A program made the translations under genes and the position numbers. Positions 1-12,214 of a stretch of 64,000 bases of DNA are shown piece after piece. This stretch comes from an uncultured Acidobacteriota bacterium. Its GTDB lineage: Bacteria; Acidobacteriota; Blastocatellia; RBC074. The notes under the pieces were generated by a model, which was not told the origin of the DNA, ran no database searches, and worked only from the letters and a program-made list of their open reading frames with translations. Location of the stretch: assembly GCA_963796275.1 (NCBI GenBank), contig CAWCKY010000001.1, forward strand, positions 256,001-320,000, in the 5' to 3' direction. Within the stretch, counting starts at the first letter, position 1, and each line of letters opens with the position of its first letter.

Positions 1-193
1 ACGGGCTCGGATGAAGCGGGACTCGGGCTCGCGATCGCAAAAGCGGTTGGTGGAAGCCCACGTCGGGCAGTTTACCGCGCAATCCGATGTCGGACGGGGA
101 AGCACATTCACTTTCACTTTGCCAATTGAAAGATGCCGGAAGGCGATGTTGATGGACGGCCATATCTATGATGAGAAAATTCATCGCAGATAA
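1..193 (+). CDS. C-terminal end of a sensor histidine kinase (HATPase_c), partial, with an apparent +1 frameshift at 39-42
   Basis: Frame 1 reads ...[10 protein letters not shown] (G2 box). Frame 2 continues [28 protein letters not shown]. Removing one A from the AAAA run at 39-42 joins them. Confidence 0.8.
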   Translation, partial: RARMKRDSGSRSQKRLVEAHVGQFTAQSDVGRGSTFTFTLPIERCRKAMLMDGHIYDEKIHRR

Positions 194-199
194 AAACAG

Positions 200-250
200 A
201 TGCGACGGACAGACACGAAATTATAAAAATATTGTGTCGATCCGTCGCAT
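200..250. terminator. Hairpin between convergent genes (putative bidirectional terminator)
   Basis: ATGCGACGGA-cagacac ... gtgtc-ga-TCCGTCGCAT inverted repeat. Confidence 0.55.
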
Positions 251-296
251 ATTTCCTGTGGCGAAGTTCGCCCCGCTCCAATCCTTTTCCCGGCCT

Positions 297-599
297 TTAC
301 TTCTTCCCCGGGACGATGGCGTCCTTGGCAGCCTTTGCCACGCGGAATTTGACCACCGTTTTGGCGGGTATCTTGATCGGTGTGCCTGTCATCGGATTCC
401 TACCCATACGAGCTTTGCGGTGCGCTTTAACAAGCTTTCCCAGCCCAGGGAGCGTGAATGCGCCGACCTTTTTGGTCTGCATGACGGCAACAGAGGCGAG
501 TTCATCCAGTATCTCATTCGCCGACTTCTTCGAGAAATTGAATTTTTCGGCGATATGGGCCGCCAATTGGCTCTTGGTCATCTGTTTTGTTGTAGCCAT
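297..599 (-). CDS. HU family DNA-binding protein
   Basis: MTKSQLAAHIAEK...LPGLGKLVKAHRKARMGRNPMTGTPIKIPAKTVVKFR; AGGAGA Shine-Dalgarno upstream of ATG 599. Confidence 0.95.
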   Translation of the reverse strand: MATTKQMTKSQLAAHIAEKFNFSKKSANEILDELASVAVMQTKKVGAFTLPGLGKLVKAHRKARMGRNPMTGTPIKIPAKTVVKFRVAKAAKDAIVPGKK

Positions 600-1231
600 A
601 TTTTTTCTCCTTGTTGTTTGTTTCTTTAGGGTGTGCAACACCGCGCTTCTTCTAGCACCAAAGCGCGAGGGCAGCCTCCGTGGCCGAACCTGCTCTCAGC
701 TCTGCGTAGCAACTATTGCAGCGTCGATCTACTGCAGCGTCAATGCCGCACGGTTCCTGCATAAAATACCACGCAATTCCGGGCGTTTCGCGTCAAGTGA
801 AACGAGGCAAAACTGCGATCACATTATCTAGTGCAGAACCGCGGCGCAGTATACCGAATCTTGTATGGAGGCGCAAGAAAAATTTTCGAAGAAAATGCAT
901 AAAATACCTTATTTTTCGGGGTGATAAGACGACTACCTCTGTAATGCCCCTATCAATATTGGCTGATAACACCTCGAGCTGAGCGAGTGGAGCAAACTCC
1001 GGCGTGCCGGCGACCAACTCATATCGCAGAAGGGGGCAGCGCTGCCGTTGACTGAAAGAGGGCTGGGGTTGAATCTGTCTCAGCAGCATTGCCAACATCG
1101 AAGCTTTGGTTTAGATTTTCCGCTCGTGCGCCAAGGGTATCGTTTGCAAATTCACCTGCCCGCTGGCGAATGGGTCTTTATTACTGCGCGCACAGAAAAT
1201 CATACTTGCTATATTACGGAGGATAAATATT

Positions 1232-1420
1232 GTGCCACTAGCTGCCTGTCCTGAATGTGAGGCTGAAATTCATGTCGATGAAGACGTCGATAAGGGTGAG
1301 ATCCTCAATTGTGAGGAATGTGAAGTTATGCTCGAGGTCGTCGGGCTCGATCCGATTGAACTCGATATCGCACCGGACGAGGATGATGAAGATGATTATG
1401 ACGATGAAGAGGGATATTGA
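1232..1420 (+). CDS. LysW-like zinc-ribbon protein with acidic tail (no EDWGE terminus)
   Basis: CPECEAEI...GEILNCEECEVMLEVVGLDPIEL matches the LysW fold; GGAGG SD before GTG. Confidence 0.8.
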   Translation: MPLAACPECEAEIHVDEDVDKGEILNCEECEVMLEVVGLDPIELDIAPDEDDEDDYDDEEGY

Positions 1421-1424
1421 ACGC

Positions 1425-2384
1425 CTATTTTACCGGGGCTGTATATCCATTGCGGCTGACGCGTAGCATCACGCCCGGGCGCGATGTTTTCACCCGCAGT
1501 TCGTGGAACTTGCCATCGCGCAAATCCGGATAGTACGACAGCGCATAGCTCGCACGAATCTCTTCGGCCAGCGCCTTGAAGACGGGGGTGAAATCCTGAG
1601 CATCAGCGGCGAAATCGCGACCGCCCGTCCCATTCACGACCTGCGTGGCATCCAATGGAGTAATAACGCGGTCTATCGAGCGACTCGGCGAAAGCATATA
1701 GGATGGCAGTGTGATGGAATATACCGTCACTCCTGCAGCATTTGCTCGGCGCACCAGTTCCTTCCTGTCGATGACGCTGGCTGAATCGAAGCCATCGCTG
1801 ATTACTATCACGACGCGCCGGAGCGGGCGGTTCTTGCGTATGCGCGGAGCCTTTCGATCGAGCATCACGATGGCTTGATCGATCGCGTCATATATTCTGG
1901 TCGAACCCTCGAACCCGCGTATCTTTCCGAGCGCGCTCTCGATCTTTCGCGAATCGCCCGTGAAATCCTGGAGTATTCTCACCTTATCGTTGAATGCCAT
2001 GGCGGCAAAGACCGATTCGCCTTTCATCAACTCAGCAAATTTGAGAGCCGCTTCGCGCAAGGTGACGGTCTCTTCCGGTTTGAGGCTACCGGAAATATCG
2101 AGCGCGAATATCGCCGCCAACGGCCGCGAGAGTGTGGACTCATCCGTCATCGTAAAGAAATCTATCTTCCGCGGCTTCCCATCCTCAAACAGCACGAATT
2201 CGTCGGCACGCAGGTCTCTTATATAATTTCCGTTGGCATCCGTGGCCGTGACGTCGATGGCGACCAGATCTGTGTCCATCCGAATAGTCAGTGGCGGGCG
2301 AGGTTCCTGTGGCCGGCGGTCTTGTGCGACGGCGATCGTCGAATCTAAAATCAACAGTGCTGAAATGATGAATAGTGATTTCAT
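1425..2384 (-). CDS. Secreted VWA domain protein (Acidobacterial VWFA-related type)
   Basis: Signal peptide; DLVAIDVTATDANGNYIRDL; MIDAS DISGS; T-RIYDA; ISDGFD; EIRASYALSYYP. Confidence 0.9.
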   Translation of the reverse strand: MKSLFIISALLILDSTIAVAQDRRPQEPRPPLTIRMDTDLVAIDVTATDANGNYIRDLRADEFVLFEDGKPRKIDFFTMTDESTLSRPLAAIFALDISGSLKPEETVTLREAALKFAELMKGESVFAAMAFNDKVRILQDFTGDSRKIESALGKIRGFEGSTRIYDAIDQAIVMLDRKAPRIRKNRPLRRVVIVISDGFDSASVIDRKELVRRANAAGVTVYSITLPSYMLSPSRSIDRVITPLDATQVVNGTGGRDFAADAQDFTPVFKALAEEIRASYALSYYPDLRDGKFHELRVKTSRPGVMLRVSRNGYTAPVK

Positions 2385-2421
2385 GGCAGCCTCAATCTTC
2401 GACAACGATCTGAATACTATT

Positions 2422-3036
2422 ATGAAGCATCAACTGAAATACGCAATGGTGATCGGGCTTTTTCTCATGATCCAGGCGAACGCCCAAACGGGAACGGTCA
2501 AAGGACGAGTGAAAGAGCAAAACGGCAAGGCCCTCGAGGGTGTACTTGTGCGCGCCAACAGCGCGAACGACAAAGATGAGAGTCATGAAACCCGGAGCGA
2601 CAGCAAGGGGGATTTTGAATTCATCGGGCTGCAGCCAGGCGATTATTCATTCACTTTTGAAAAACAGGGATTCAAGACATTCAGCACGCGCAAACTCGAG
2701 CTGGCTGCCGGTGATACCCTCAAACTGAGCCGCGGCATAGAGCTCAAACGCGAAGGAGAACCATTCTCCGTTATTCGAGGGGCGGTACTCTATGATGCCG
2801 GGTTCACGCTGCCCAATGCGGCTGTTACGATTGAGCGCATCGACGGGGGAAAGAAATTCAAACAGGAGACCGTATCGCGCGAGGGAGGCGAATTCGCTTT
2901 CCGGGTTAAATCCGAGAAGGCTCGATATCGCATATCTGCCAGCTCCCGCGGCTTCCAGCCTGGGTCCATTGAAATAGATATCGTGGGAGATGAATTGCGG
3001 TCGGTGGTGGTGACGCTGCAAAAAGAAAAAGAATGA
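2422..3036 (+). CDS. Secreted protein with two carboxypeptidase regulatory-like (transthyretin-like) domains
   Basis: Signal peptide; GTVKGRVKEQNGKALEGVLV...SDSKGDFEFIGLQPGDYSFTFEKQGF, with a second similar repeat. Confidence 0.8.
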   Translation: MKHQLKYAMVIGLFLMIQANAQTGTVKGRVKEQNGKALEGVLVRANSANDKDESHETRSDSKGDFEFIGLQPGDYSFTFEKQGFKTFSTRKLELAAGDTLKLSRGIELKREGEPFSVIRGAVLYDAGFTLPNAAVTIERIDGGKKFKQETVSREGGEFAFRVKSEKARYRISASSRGFQPGSIEIDIVGDELRSVVVTLQKEKE

Positions 3037-3140
3037 TCGCGTAAAGATTCTCCGCAAAAACAAAAGACAAAAAACACAAATATACTTTTGTGTCTTTTGT
3101 CCCCCCTATAATTGTTGGCGGTGAATCACTGCGCGATCTC

Positions 3141-4475
3141 TTACGAGTTCATCGAAGCCAGAAACTCCGCGTTCGTCTTCGTCTTCTCGAGACGCTCGAG
3201 CACGAGTTCCATCTGTTCAACCGGAGAAAGCGGGTTGAGCACGCGGCGTAAGACCCAGATGCGGTCGAGGTCTTTCTTCAGAATCAGCAATTCTTCTTTG
3301 CGCGTCCCTGATTTTTGCAGGTCGATCGCCGGGAAGACGCGTTTGTCGGAGAGCTTGCGGTCGAGATGGATTTCCATGTTACCCGTTCCTTTGAACTCCT
3401 CGAAGATAACGTCGTCCATCCTGCTGCCCGTTTCGATCAAAGCCGTCGCGATGATCGTCAGCGAGCCGCCCTCTTCGATGTTTCGTGCCGCTCCGAAGAA
3501 ACGCTTCGGGCGCTGTAGCGCGTTGGAATCGACGCCGCCCGAGAGGATTTTGCCGGATGGCGGTACCACCGCGTTATGCGCGCGCGCGAGGCGCGTGATC
3601 GAATCGAGCAGGATCACCACATCGCGTTTGTGCTCGACCAGGCGCTTCGCCTTCTCGATCACCATGTCGGCCACCTGCACGTGGCGCGATGCGGGTTCGT
3701 CGAAGGTGGATGAAATCACCTCGCCATTGACCGAACGCTGCATGTCCGTTACCTCCTCCGGACGTTCATCGATCAACAGAACGATAAGCGTCACTTCGGG
3801 ATGGTTCTCCGTAATGGAGTTGGCGATCGATTGCAGAAGCATGGTCTTGCCCGTCCGCGGCGGCGCAACGATCAAACCGCGTTGCCCTTTGCCGATCGGC
3901 ATAAAGAGGTCGATGACGCGCGCTGATGCGTTCTCCGTCGCCGTCTCCATTCTCAGATGTTCGTTCGGATAGAGCGGCGTGAGGTTGTCGAAGAAGACCT
4001 TGTCGCGGGCTATCTCGGGCGGCTCGAAGTTGATCGCCTCGACCTTGATCAGGGCGAAATATCGCTCACCCTCCTTGGGAGGACGTATCTGACCGGAGAT
4101 CGTATCGCCCGTCCGCAAATCGAATTTGCGAATCTGCGATGGGCTGACGTAGATGTCATCCGGACCTGGTAAATAGTTATATTCCGGAGCCCGTAGGAAT
4201 CCGAATCCATCAGGTAAGGTCTCGAGCACACCCTCCGAGAAGATCAACCCCGACTTCTCGGTCTGCGCCTGCAGGATTTTGAAGATCAACTCTTGCTTCC
4301 GCATTCCTGTGGCGCCGGGCACGTCCAACTCTTTGGCGATCTGCGTCAGCTTGGAGATATTCATCTCCTTCAGGTCCGCTATATCCAAAAAGCTGTCATA
4401 ACTTTCATCAAAGTCGCTGATTTCATCGTCGTTGTTGCTATGGTTTCTTGGTCTATTTGTGATTTTCTCTGGCAT
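3141..4475 (-). CDS. rho: Transcription termination factor Rho
   Basis: DGFGFLR RNA-binding motif; [17 protein letters not shown]; [13 protein letters not shown]. Confidence 0.99.
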   Translation of the reverse strand: MPEKITNRPRNHSNNDDEISDFDESYDSFLDIADLKEMNISKLTQIAKELDVPGATGMRKQELIFKILQAQTEKSGLIFSEGVLETLPDGFGFLRAPEYNYLPGPDDIYVSPSQIRKFDLRTGDTISGQIRPPKEGERYFALIKVEAINFEPPEIARDKVFFDNLTPLYPNEHLRMETATENASARVIDLFMPIGKGQRGLIVAPPRTGKTMLLQSIANSITENHPEVTLIVLLIDERPEEVTDMQRSVNGEVISSTFDEPASRHVQVADMVIEKAKRLVEHKRDVVILLDSITRLARAHNAVVPPSGKILSGGVDSNALQRPKRFFGAARNIEEGGSLTIIATALIETGSRMDDVIFEEFKGTGNMEIHLDRKLSDKRVFPAIDLQKSGTRKEELLILKKDLDRIWVLRRVLNPLSPVEQMELVLERLEKTKTNAEFLASMNS

Positions 4476-4663
4476 AAAATTACCTCTGGTTCTTCAACAT
4501 AGGGTATGCATGCATCCTCAGTCATTACTCAATGCCATAATCGATGTAAGCCGGGAAATCAGTGCGCGAGAAATCCGTGTCGTTGCGGTGAGTATCGCAA
4601 TTGACTTGTCAGGGAGATGTGTCTCGTTATTGTTCTATTTCTATGTTACTGGTATAAGGGGTT

Positions 4664-5248
4664 TTATTGTTTTTCTGCGATGCTGGCCAGGATCACATCC
4701 CAAACCTGACTCGCGCCGTCGCGCGTGATTGATGAATACTGGATAATATCTTCTGTATCAAAAATCTTCTTTGTAAGTTGCCGGGATTTGCTTTGTTCGT
4801 TAGCTTTCAGTTTATCAATTTTCGTTGAGACCACCAGAAAAGGAAGCCCATAGTGCTGGAGCCAGGATTTCATCTGAAGGTCTAACGGGGAAGGCTCATG
4901 CCGAGCATCTACGATTAAAATAGATAACACAAGCTGCTTCCGTTCTGCAAGGTATCTCTCGATTAATTTGCCCCAAGCGCGGCGATTTTCCTTTGATGTC
5001 TTGGCAAATCCGTACCCGGGTAGATCTACGAAATAGAACTCTTCATTGATCAGAAAAAAATTGATTGATTGAGTCCTTCCCGGCGTCGAACTGGTACGCG
5101 CGAGCCCTTTCACTTCCAAAAGGCTATTGATCAGGCTCGATTTGCCCACATTGGAACGGCCGATGAAAACAATCTCCGGACGCCTGTCGCTTGGAAATGA
5201 ATCCACATTTGTGGCGGCAGCAATGAATTTTGCGCTTCTGACTCTCAT
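4664..5248 (-). CDS. engB: Ribosome biogenesis GTP-binding protein YihA/YsxC
   Basis: GRSNVGKSSLIN, TPGRTQ, DLPGYGFA, TKIDK; position downstream of lon. Confidence 0.96.
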   Translation of the reverse strand: MRVRSAKFIAAATNVDSFPSDRRPEIVFIGRSNVGKSSLINSLLEVKGLARTSSTPGRTQSINFFLINEEFYFVDLPGYGFAKTSKENRRAWGKLIERYLAERKQLVLSILIVDARHEPSPLDLQMKSWLQHYGLPFLVVSTKIDKLKANEQSKSRQLTKKIFDTEDIIQYSSITRDGASQVWDVILASIAEKQ

Positions 5249-5348
5249 CAAAAGGCCTTCACCACAAGACCACAAAATGAAAGCCCGATGGGCGAAAGAA
5301 TTTTGCTCTCGCCGTTCGGGGTTTCATTTTGCGTATTTTGTCGTGAAC

Positions 5349-7796
5349 CTATCCGGTCACCGGCCCTTCCGCGGGCACAGTGCCTGACGGCGGCTGCTGC
5401 CAGACCGGAGCCGCCATTTCTAGATTTGTTGGCGGAATGCGTTCGAGAGCTAATTGCAATACTTCATCCATACCGTCCACGAGGTTGATTTGTATGGCAT
5501 CGAGCACTTCCGGAGGGACATCGCTCAGGTCCTTCTCGTTCTCTTTGGGCAGAATGATCATGGTCAGGCCGATGCGGTGAGCCGCCAGCAGCTTCTCTTT
5601 CACTCCGCCGATCGGGAGGACTTTGCCCCTCAGCGTGATTTCACCGGTCATCGCTACTTCTTTATGGACCGGGACCCTCGTCAATGCCGAAGCCATCGCG
5701 GTGGCCATCGTTATTCCGGCTGATGGGCCGTCTTTCGGGATAGCGCCTTCCGGCACGTGCACGTGCAGATCGTAGTTTTTGTGGAGGTCGGTTGGGATGC
5801 CCAGTTCCGCCGCGCGCGACCTGATGTATGTGATTGCGGCGTGCGCCGATTCCTGCATGACATCGCCCAGCTTGCCGGTGAGCGTCAGCTTGCCTGAGCC
5901 TTCGATAAGCGTGGCTTCAATCTGCAGCACATCGCCGCCGACTTCGGTGACGGCCAAACCGTTCGCCAGGCCCACTTCGCTCCGTTCCGTCATGCGCTGC
6001 GATCGATATTTCAAAGGACCAAGCATCTTTTTGACCGCCGCGCCATCGACCACGTAATGGAACTGATCCTCTTCACCGCCATCTTTATCGGTCAACTGCA
6101 CCACCTGGCGAGCCACTTTGCGGCAGAGCGATCCGATCTCGCGTTCGAGATTGCGCACACCCGCCTCGCGCGTGTAATTTTCGATGATCGTCTTGATTCC
6201 CTCGTCGAGAAACTCCACCTGCGCGTCCTTCAGTCCATTGCTTTCCGTCTGTTTCCTGACGAGATGCCGCTTGGCGATCTCCATCTTTTCGCGCTCCGTG
6301 TAACCTGCCAGCCTGATGATCTCCAGCCGGTCCTGCAACGCCGGCGGGATGGTATGCAAAACGTTGGCCGTCCCGATGAACATGACCTGCGACAGGTCGT
6401 ATTCGACATCGAGATAATGATCGTGAAATGTGTGGTTCTGCTCGGGGTCCAGCACCTCCAGGAGTGCGGCCGACGGATCTCCGCGGAAATCCGAGCCTAA
6501 TTTGTCCACCTCATCGAGCAGGATGAGCGGGTTGATTGTGCCGGCCTTCTTCATCATCTGGATGATCTGTCCGGGGAGAGCGCCGATGTAAGTGCGGCGA
6601 TGCCCGCGGATTTCCGCTTCGTCGCGCACGCCGCCCAGCGAAAGCCGCACGAAATTTCTCCCCGTGGCTTTTGCGATCGATCGGCCGAGCGATGTCTTTC
6701 CGACGCCGGGCGGGCCGACGAAACAAAGGATCGAGCCGCGCGGCTTCTCGACGAGCTGGCGCACAGCCAGGTATTCCAGGATGCGCTCTTTAACTTTTTC
6801 GAGCCCGTAGTGATCGGCCTCCAGGACTTCCTGGGCGTGCCGGATATCGCGGATCTCCTCGCTTCGCTTATTCCACGGAACGTTGAGCAGCCAGTCCAGA
6901 TAGTTGCGCGAGACGGTAGATTCGGCTGACATCGGCGGCATCTGCTCGAGCCGCTTCAACTCGTTGATCGCCTTTTCGTACGCCTCCTGCGTCATCCCCG
7001 CATCGTCGATCTTCTGCCGCAACTCCTCGAATTCGGCACGTTCGTCCTTGCGCCCCAACTCCTTGTGGATGGCCTTGATCTTCTCGTTTAGATAGTACTC
7101 GCGCTGCTGTTTCTCCATCTGTCGTTTGACGCGCGTCTGGATGGTCCGGTCTACATTGAGTTTGTCTATTTCGATCTCGAGCACCTCGATCATCCGCAGC
7201 ATCCGCTCGTAGGTCGAATAGGTCTCGAGCAATCCCTGTTTGTCCTCGATCTCGAGCTTCATTCTGTCGGCGAGCTGATCGACCAGCTGCCCCGGATCGT
7301 TGGCCCGCAGCGCCGCCTGTATCTGCTCGGGATTTCCCTCCTGCGCCAGCTTCATGTACTGCTCGACCAGCGAAACGACGCGAGAAACGAGCGGAGCTAT
7401 CTTCTTGTTGTTCTCCGCCACGACGGGCGCGCGACGCAGAGTCGCGAGATAATACCCGTCGCGCTCCTCCACCCGAACTGCGCGCGCTCGCTCCCTGCCC
7501 TCTACCAGGACCTTAATCGTCGATTCTTCCGGCTTGCGGAGAAAATTTTTGATAATGGCGAGCGTTCCCACCTGATAAATCTGATCGGGAGTCGGGTCTT
7601 CGACCGTGGCGTCGTGTTGGGTCGCCAGAAAGATAATACGATCCTCCGTCGCCAACGCCTCTTCCAGAGCCCGCACCGATGAGGGACGGCCGATATTGAA
7701 GGGCGCTTTCGTATGCGGAAAGGCGACAATATCGCGAATAGGAACCATCGGATATTGGACTACATCGCTCGGTGTACCATCGTGGAATTCTTGCAT
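5349..7796 (-). CDS. lon: ATP-dependent protease La
   Basis: GPPGVGKTS Walker A; [10 protein letters not shown]; PKDGPSAG catalytic Ser; GGVKEK. Confidence 0.99.
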   Translation of the reverse strand: MQEFHDGTPSDVVQYPMVPIRDIVAFPHTKAPFNIGRPSSVRALEEALATEDRIIFLATQHDATVEDPTPDQIYQVGTLAIIKNFLRKPEESTIKVLVEGRERARAVRVEERDGYYLATLRRAPVVAENNKKIAPLVSRVVSLVEQYMKLAQEGNPEQIQAALRANDPGQLVDQLADRMKLEIEDKQGLLETYSTYERMLRMIEVLEIEIDKLNVDRTIQTRVKRQMEKQQREYYLNEKIKAIHKELGRKDERAEFEELRQKIDDAGMTQEAYEKAINELKRLEQMPPMSAESTVSRNYLDWLLNVPWNKRSEEIRDIRHAQEVLEADHYGLEKVKERILEYLAVRQLVEKPRGSILCFVGPPGVGKTSLGRSIAKATGRNFVRLSLGGVRDEAEIRGHRRTYIGALPGQIIQMMKKAGTINPLILLDEVDKLGSDFRGDPSAALLEVLDPEQNHTFHDHYLDVEYDLSQVMFIGTANVLHTIPPALQDRLEIIRLAGYTEREKMEIAKRHLVRKQTESNGLKDAQVEFLDEGIKTIIENYTREAGVRNLEREIGSLCRKVARQVVQLTDKDGGEEDQFHYVVDGAAVKKMLGPLKYRSQRMTERSEVGLANGLAVTEVGGDVLQIEATLIEGSGKLTLTGKLGDVMQESAHAAITYIRSRAAELGIPTDLHKNYDLHVHVPEGAIPKDGPSAGITMATAMASALTRVPVHKEVAMTGEITLRGKVLPIGGVKEKLLAAHRIGLTMIILPKENEKDLSDVPPEVLDAIQINLVDGMDEVLQLALERIPPTNLEMAAPVWQQPPSGTVPAEGPVTG

Positions 7797-7967
7797 CGTT
7801 GCCTAGACCTCGGAATTATGGGGCTATTAATGAACGAGAGCTATTTCAATGGAGTTAGGAGAAGTTAAAAAGGGCAATAATTTGCAAAAAAGGCAAAAAG
7901 CCTGCAATTTTGTTTCAATTTGCCCTTAATGCCTCTTCTGCTTCCCTTTTTACCTTTGAGCTCTATT

Positions 7968-9197
<1,230 letters not shown>

Positions 9198-9305
9198 CTT
9201 GCGGCCTCCACCTTGGGTTCATATATTTGCATTACGGATGATTACCTTTAGGATGATTACGTTTGATTGATGTTTATGATAAACAAGTGTCCGACTGCGC
9301 GCAAG

Positions 9306-9722
9306 CTATCCTCCCAGACCGGGGCTGGGACCGGACTTGAGTATTTCGCATGCGCGTATGCATTTATCGCATATCCGCGCGTCGATGCCCGGGAAAAGGC
9401 GCTCTCCCTGTTGATTGCTGCGGTCATGGTTGTTGAAGCTGCAGGCATTGGTCCCGCTCAGAGAGTCGCCGAGAATTTTCTTATACCACGGCTGTTCGAT
9501 TTTCGGCGGGCTCATTCCCATCTCGCGATAGTCGTGCAGGAGTTGCACGCAGACATCAACGCATTCATCGCAGATATAACCCGAGTGTCCCTCGAAGAGA
9601 CGTGCGACTTCACCATAGGCGAGGCCGCAGAATGAGCAGCGCAAAACCTCTCGCTGCCCTTGTAAGTCCATCGTCCCGATGTAGTTATTTAGCGAATTGG
9701 AAGGGGAATTGCCGCTGTTCAT
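9306..9722 (-). CDS. Stand-alone protein with two tandem ClpX C4-type zinc-finger domains
   Basis: LRCSFCG...YICDECVDVC and a degenerate ACSFNNH...RICDKCIRAC; co-oriented between clpP and clpX. Confidence 0.85.
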   Translation of the reverse strand: MNSGNSPSNSLNNYIGTMDLQGQREVLRCSFCGLAYGEVARLFEGHSGYICDECVDVCVQLLHDYREMGMSPPKIEQPWYKKILGDSLSGTNACSFNNHDRSNQQGERLFPGIDARICDKCIRACEILKSGPSPGLGG

Positions 9723-9743
9723 AATATTTTTCTTCTTAAACTA

Positions 9744-10346
9744 TTATTCGCGGTGTTTGATCACCTGATCGATGATCCCATATTCCTTAGCCTGACTGGC
9801 CCCCATAATCCGGTCCCGTTCGACATCGCGTTCGATCGCTTCTACCGTCTGCCCCGTATGAAATGCGAGGATTTCATTGAGACGTTCGCGCAATCGCAGT
9901 ATCTCTTCCGCCTGAATTTTAATATCCGTCGCCTGCCCTGATATCCCGCCCGCAGAGGGTTGATGGATGAGAATTCGGGAATTCGGTAGCGCGAACCGCC
10001 TGCCTTTGGTCCCGGCAGCGAGCAGAACGGCGGCCATCGATGCGCACTGCCCGATACAGAAGGTCGTTACCGGGCACCTGACAAACTGCATCGTGTCATA
10101 GATCGCCATTCCGGCAGTGACGGCTCCGCCCGGCGAATTTATATAAAGCGATATCTCGCGATCGGGATCTTCCGATTCGAGGAAGAGCATCTGTGCCACG
10201 ACGAGGTTCGCGATAATGTCGTCGATCGGCACTCCGATGAAGATGATATTGTCTTTGAGCAGACGCGAGTAAATATCGAACGCGCGCTCGCCGCGCGCCG
10301 TCTGCTCGACGACCATTGGCACTAAATGAGCGTTTGGATTAATCAT
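9744..10346 (-). CDS. clpP: ATP-dependent Clp protease proteolytic subunit
   Basis: [20 protein letters not shown] (Ser), IHQP (His). Confidence 0.99.
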   Translation of the reverse strand: MINPNAHLVPMVVEQTARGERAFDIYSRLLKDNIIFIGVPIDDIIANLVVAQMLFLESEDPDREISLYINSPGGAVTAGMAIYDTMQFVRCPVTTFCIGQCASMAAVLLAAGTKGRRFALPNSRILIHQPSAGGISGQATDIKIQAEEILRLRERLNEILAFHTGQTVEAIERDVERDRIMGASQAKEYGIIDQVIKHRE

Positions 10347-11701
10347 ACAGCTTCCTGTTCTTCGGTCTTCGTTTCAGTCTGATTTTCAATATCCGGTTCT
10401 TCACTGAGTTCTGTTAATGTGACCTCGGCGCTTTCTGTAATGACCCCCAGCGCCTTTTGATTGATCAACCTGCTCTCGATACTAGAAAGCGACTCTTCCT
10501 TTGTCAAGCGCGCTTTCAGTTGTTCGTATCGTTCGCCTCTCTCGTGCGCCATCCGCGCGATCTCTTGATCGATTTCCTCCGGCGTTGCTTCGATCCCTTC
10601 GGCATTTGCGATGCGGGCGAGCACGATATAAGTCCGCATATCGGCCACCGCTTGCGCGCGCAAACCTTTCATCTGCTCTTCCCAGTTCATCGCTCTGATC
10701 GATTCGGGCGAATATCCCCGGCGCATCAGGTCGTAGCTGAACTCGCGCGCCAGCTGGGTCGCCTGCTCATCGACCAGCGAATCGGGCACCTCGAAATCGT
10801 ATCCGCTGATGACCTGCGACAGGAGCTCATTGCGCAATCTCATATCGGCATGAAGTTCGGCGGTTCGATTGAGGTCTGCGTTTATTTCCTCGCGCAGCTG
10901 TTGGAGGGTCTCGCGCTCGCCGTATTCCTGGGCAAATTCGTCGTCGAGTTGGGGCAGCTCCAGTTTGCGAACGGCGACTACATCGGTGGTGAAGTCGACG
11001 CTCTTTCCCGCCAGCCTTTTCGTTCCGAAGTTTTCGGGATAATTTACGCGAAACTCGCGCTTATCGCCCGCTTTGACGCCGCGCAGGTTTTCGTTGAACT
11101 CAGCTTGCACGTCATCGGACCCCAGTTTGATCTGGGCGTCATCGGTTTTAATGGCTTCGGCATCCGGTTCATCGACGAATTTACCGGTGAGATTGACCGA
11201 AACAAAATCGCCGTCTTCCGAGGGGCGGTCTTCGATCGGAATGAATTCGGCGGAATTTTCGCGCCACCGCTCGAGGGCCGCGTCGACATCTTGTTCGGTT
11301 ACGCGCGCCAACGGCTTATTTGCTTTCAGCCCTTTGTAAGGTATGAGCTCGAAGTCGGGCAGGACTTCGATGCTCGCCTTGAACCTGAGCGGTTCGCCTT
11401 CATCGAATTTGACTTCGCCAATGTGGGGTTGTCCGATGATATTAAGATTGCGATCGACGACGGCGTGTTGTAATGCGTGTATCATCAGGCGCTCGAGCAC
11501 ATCGTCTTTGACCTCTTTAGCGAAGCGTTGTTTGACAACTCCGCGAGGCACATGGCCGGGGCGGAAGCCGGGCACGCTAACTCTTCGAGCCAAATTCTCG
11601 TAGGCTTTCTCGAACTCCGCTTTCACTTCGGCCGCGTCAACTTCGATACTCAGATCCTTCTTTGATTGCGAGATGTCCGCGACGTCAACTGCCAATTTCA
11701 A
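10343..11701 (-). CDS. tig: Trigger factor
   Basis: [10 protein letters not shown] signature and FKBP-like domain; TTG start after AAAGGCGG; overlaps clpP by 4 nt. Confidence 0.96.
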   Translation of the reverse strand: MKLAVDVADISQSKKDLSIEVDAAEVKAEFEKAYENLARRVSVPGFRPGHVPRGVVKQRFAKEVKDDVLERLMIHALQHAVVDRNLNIIGQPHIGEVKFDEGEPLRFKASIEVLPDFELIPYKGLKANKPLARVTEQDVDAALERWRENSAEFIPIEDRPSEDGDFVSVNLTGKFVDEPDAEAIKTDDAQIKLGSDDVQAEFNENLRGVKAGDKREFRVNYPENFGTKRLAGKSVDFTTDVVAVRKLELPQLDDEFAQEYGERETLQQLREEINADLNRTAELHADMRLRNELLSQVISGYDFEVPDSLVDEQATQLAREFSYDLMRRGYSPESIRAMNWEEQMKGLRAQAVADMRTYIVLARIANAEGIEATPEEIDQEIARMAHERGERYEQLKARLTKEESLSSIESRLINQKALGVITESAEVTLTELSEEPDIENQTETKTEEQEAV

Positions 11702-11903
11702 CTTAATTCCGCCTTTCTTCTTTATTGATTTCTCCGTATCTCTTTCTTCGCGCCCGTGCCGCAGTGGCTGATCTCGGTGGTTCGAAGTAGTAGGCAAGGA
11801 TGTAATATGGGGAAGCATTAGCGGATCGAATCTCGTCAAAGAAACTTTTCAATCGCACCTCATGCGCATCTCAACGTCGCTTGCGCTCCCCCGTACTGTA
11901 TAG

Positions 11904-11986
<83 letters not shown>

Positions 11987-11991
11987 AGATC

Positions 11992-12059
11992 ATTGCTACT
12001 CTGATTGCTACTCTGATTGCCACTCTGATTGCCACTCTGATTGCCACTCTGATTGCCAC
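11992..12059. repeat. 12-bp tandem repeat ATTGC(C/T)ACTCTG, about 5.7 copies
   Basis: Read directly: two ATTGCTACTCTG, three ATTGCCACTCTG and a partial copy. Confidence 0.95.
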
Positions 12060-12139
12060 ACGATAGCAAGCCGATAAGTAGAGAGTCAGAGAGACTAACA
12101 AATTTCGCATGGTGGCGCAACCAATGCGCACGAAGCGGT

Positions 12140-12168
12140 TTGACAGCGACTTGCGTGCAACCTATAAA
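12140..12168 (+). promoter_or_regulatory. Sigma70-type promoter of yqeY
   Basis: TTGACA-17 nt-TATAAA. Confidence 0.65.
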
Positions 12169-12214
12169 CTAATGGCACATTCCGAATGACGATCAATAAG
12201 AGGGGGGGATTGCG

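Noticed and set aside
168-831. Plus-strand ORFs of 153 and 199 aa
   Set aside because: Antisense shadows of the HU gene with no recognisable motifs.
600-1230. Long intergenic region between HU and the LysW-like gene as a possible ncRNA
   Set aside because: Some short hairpins, but no family motif or clear promoter-terminator pair that I can support.
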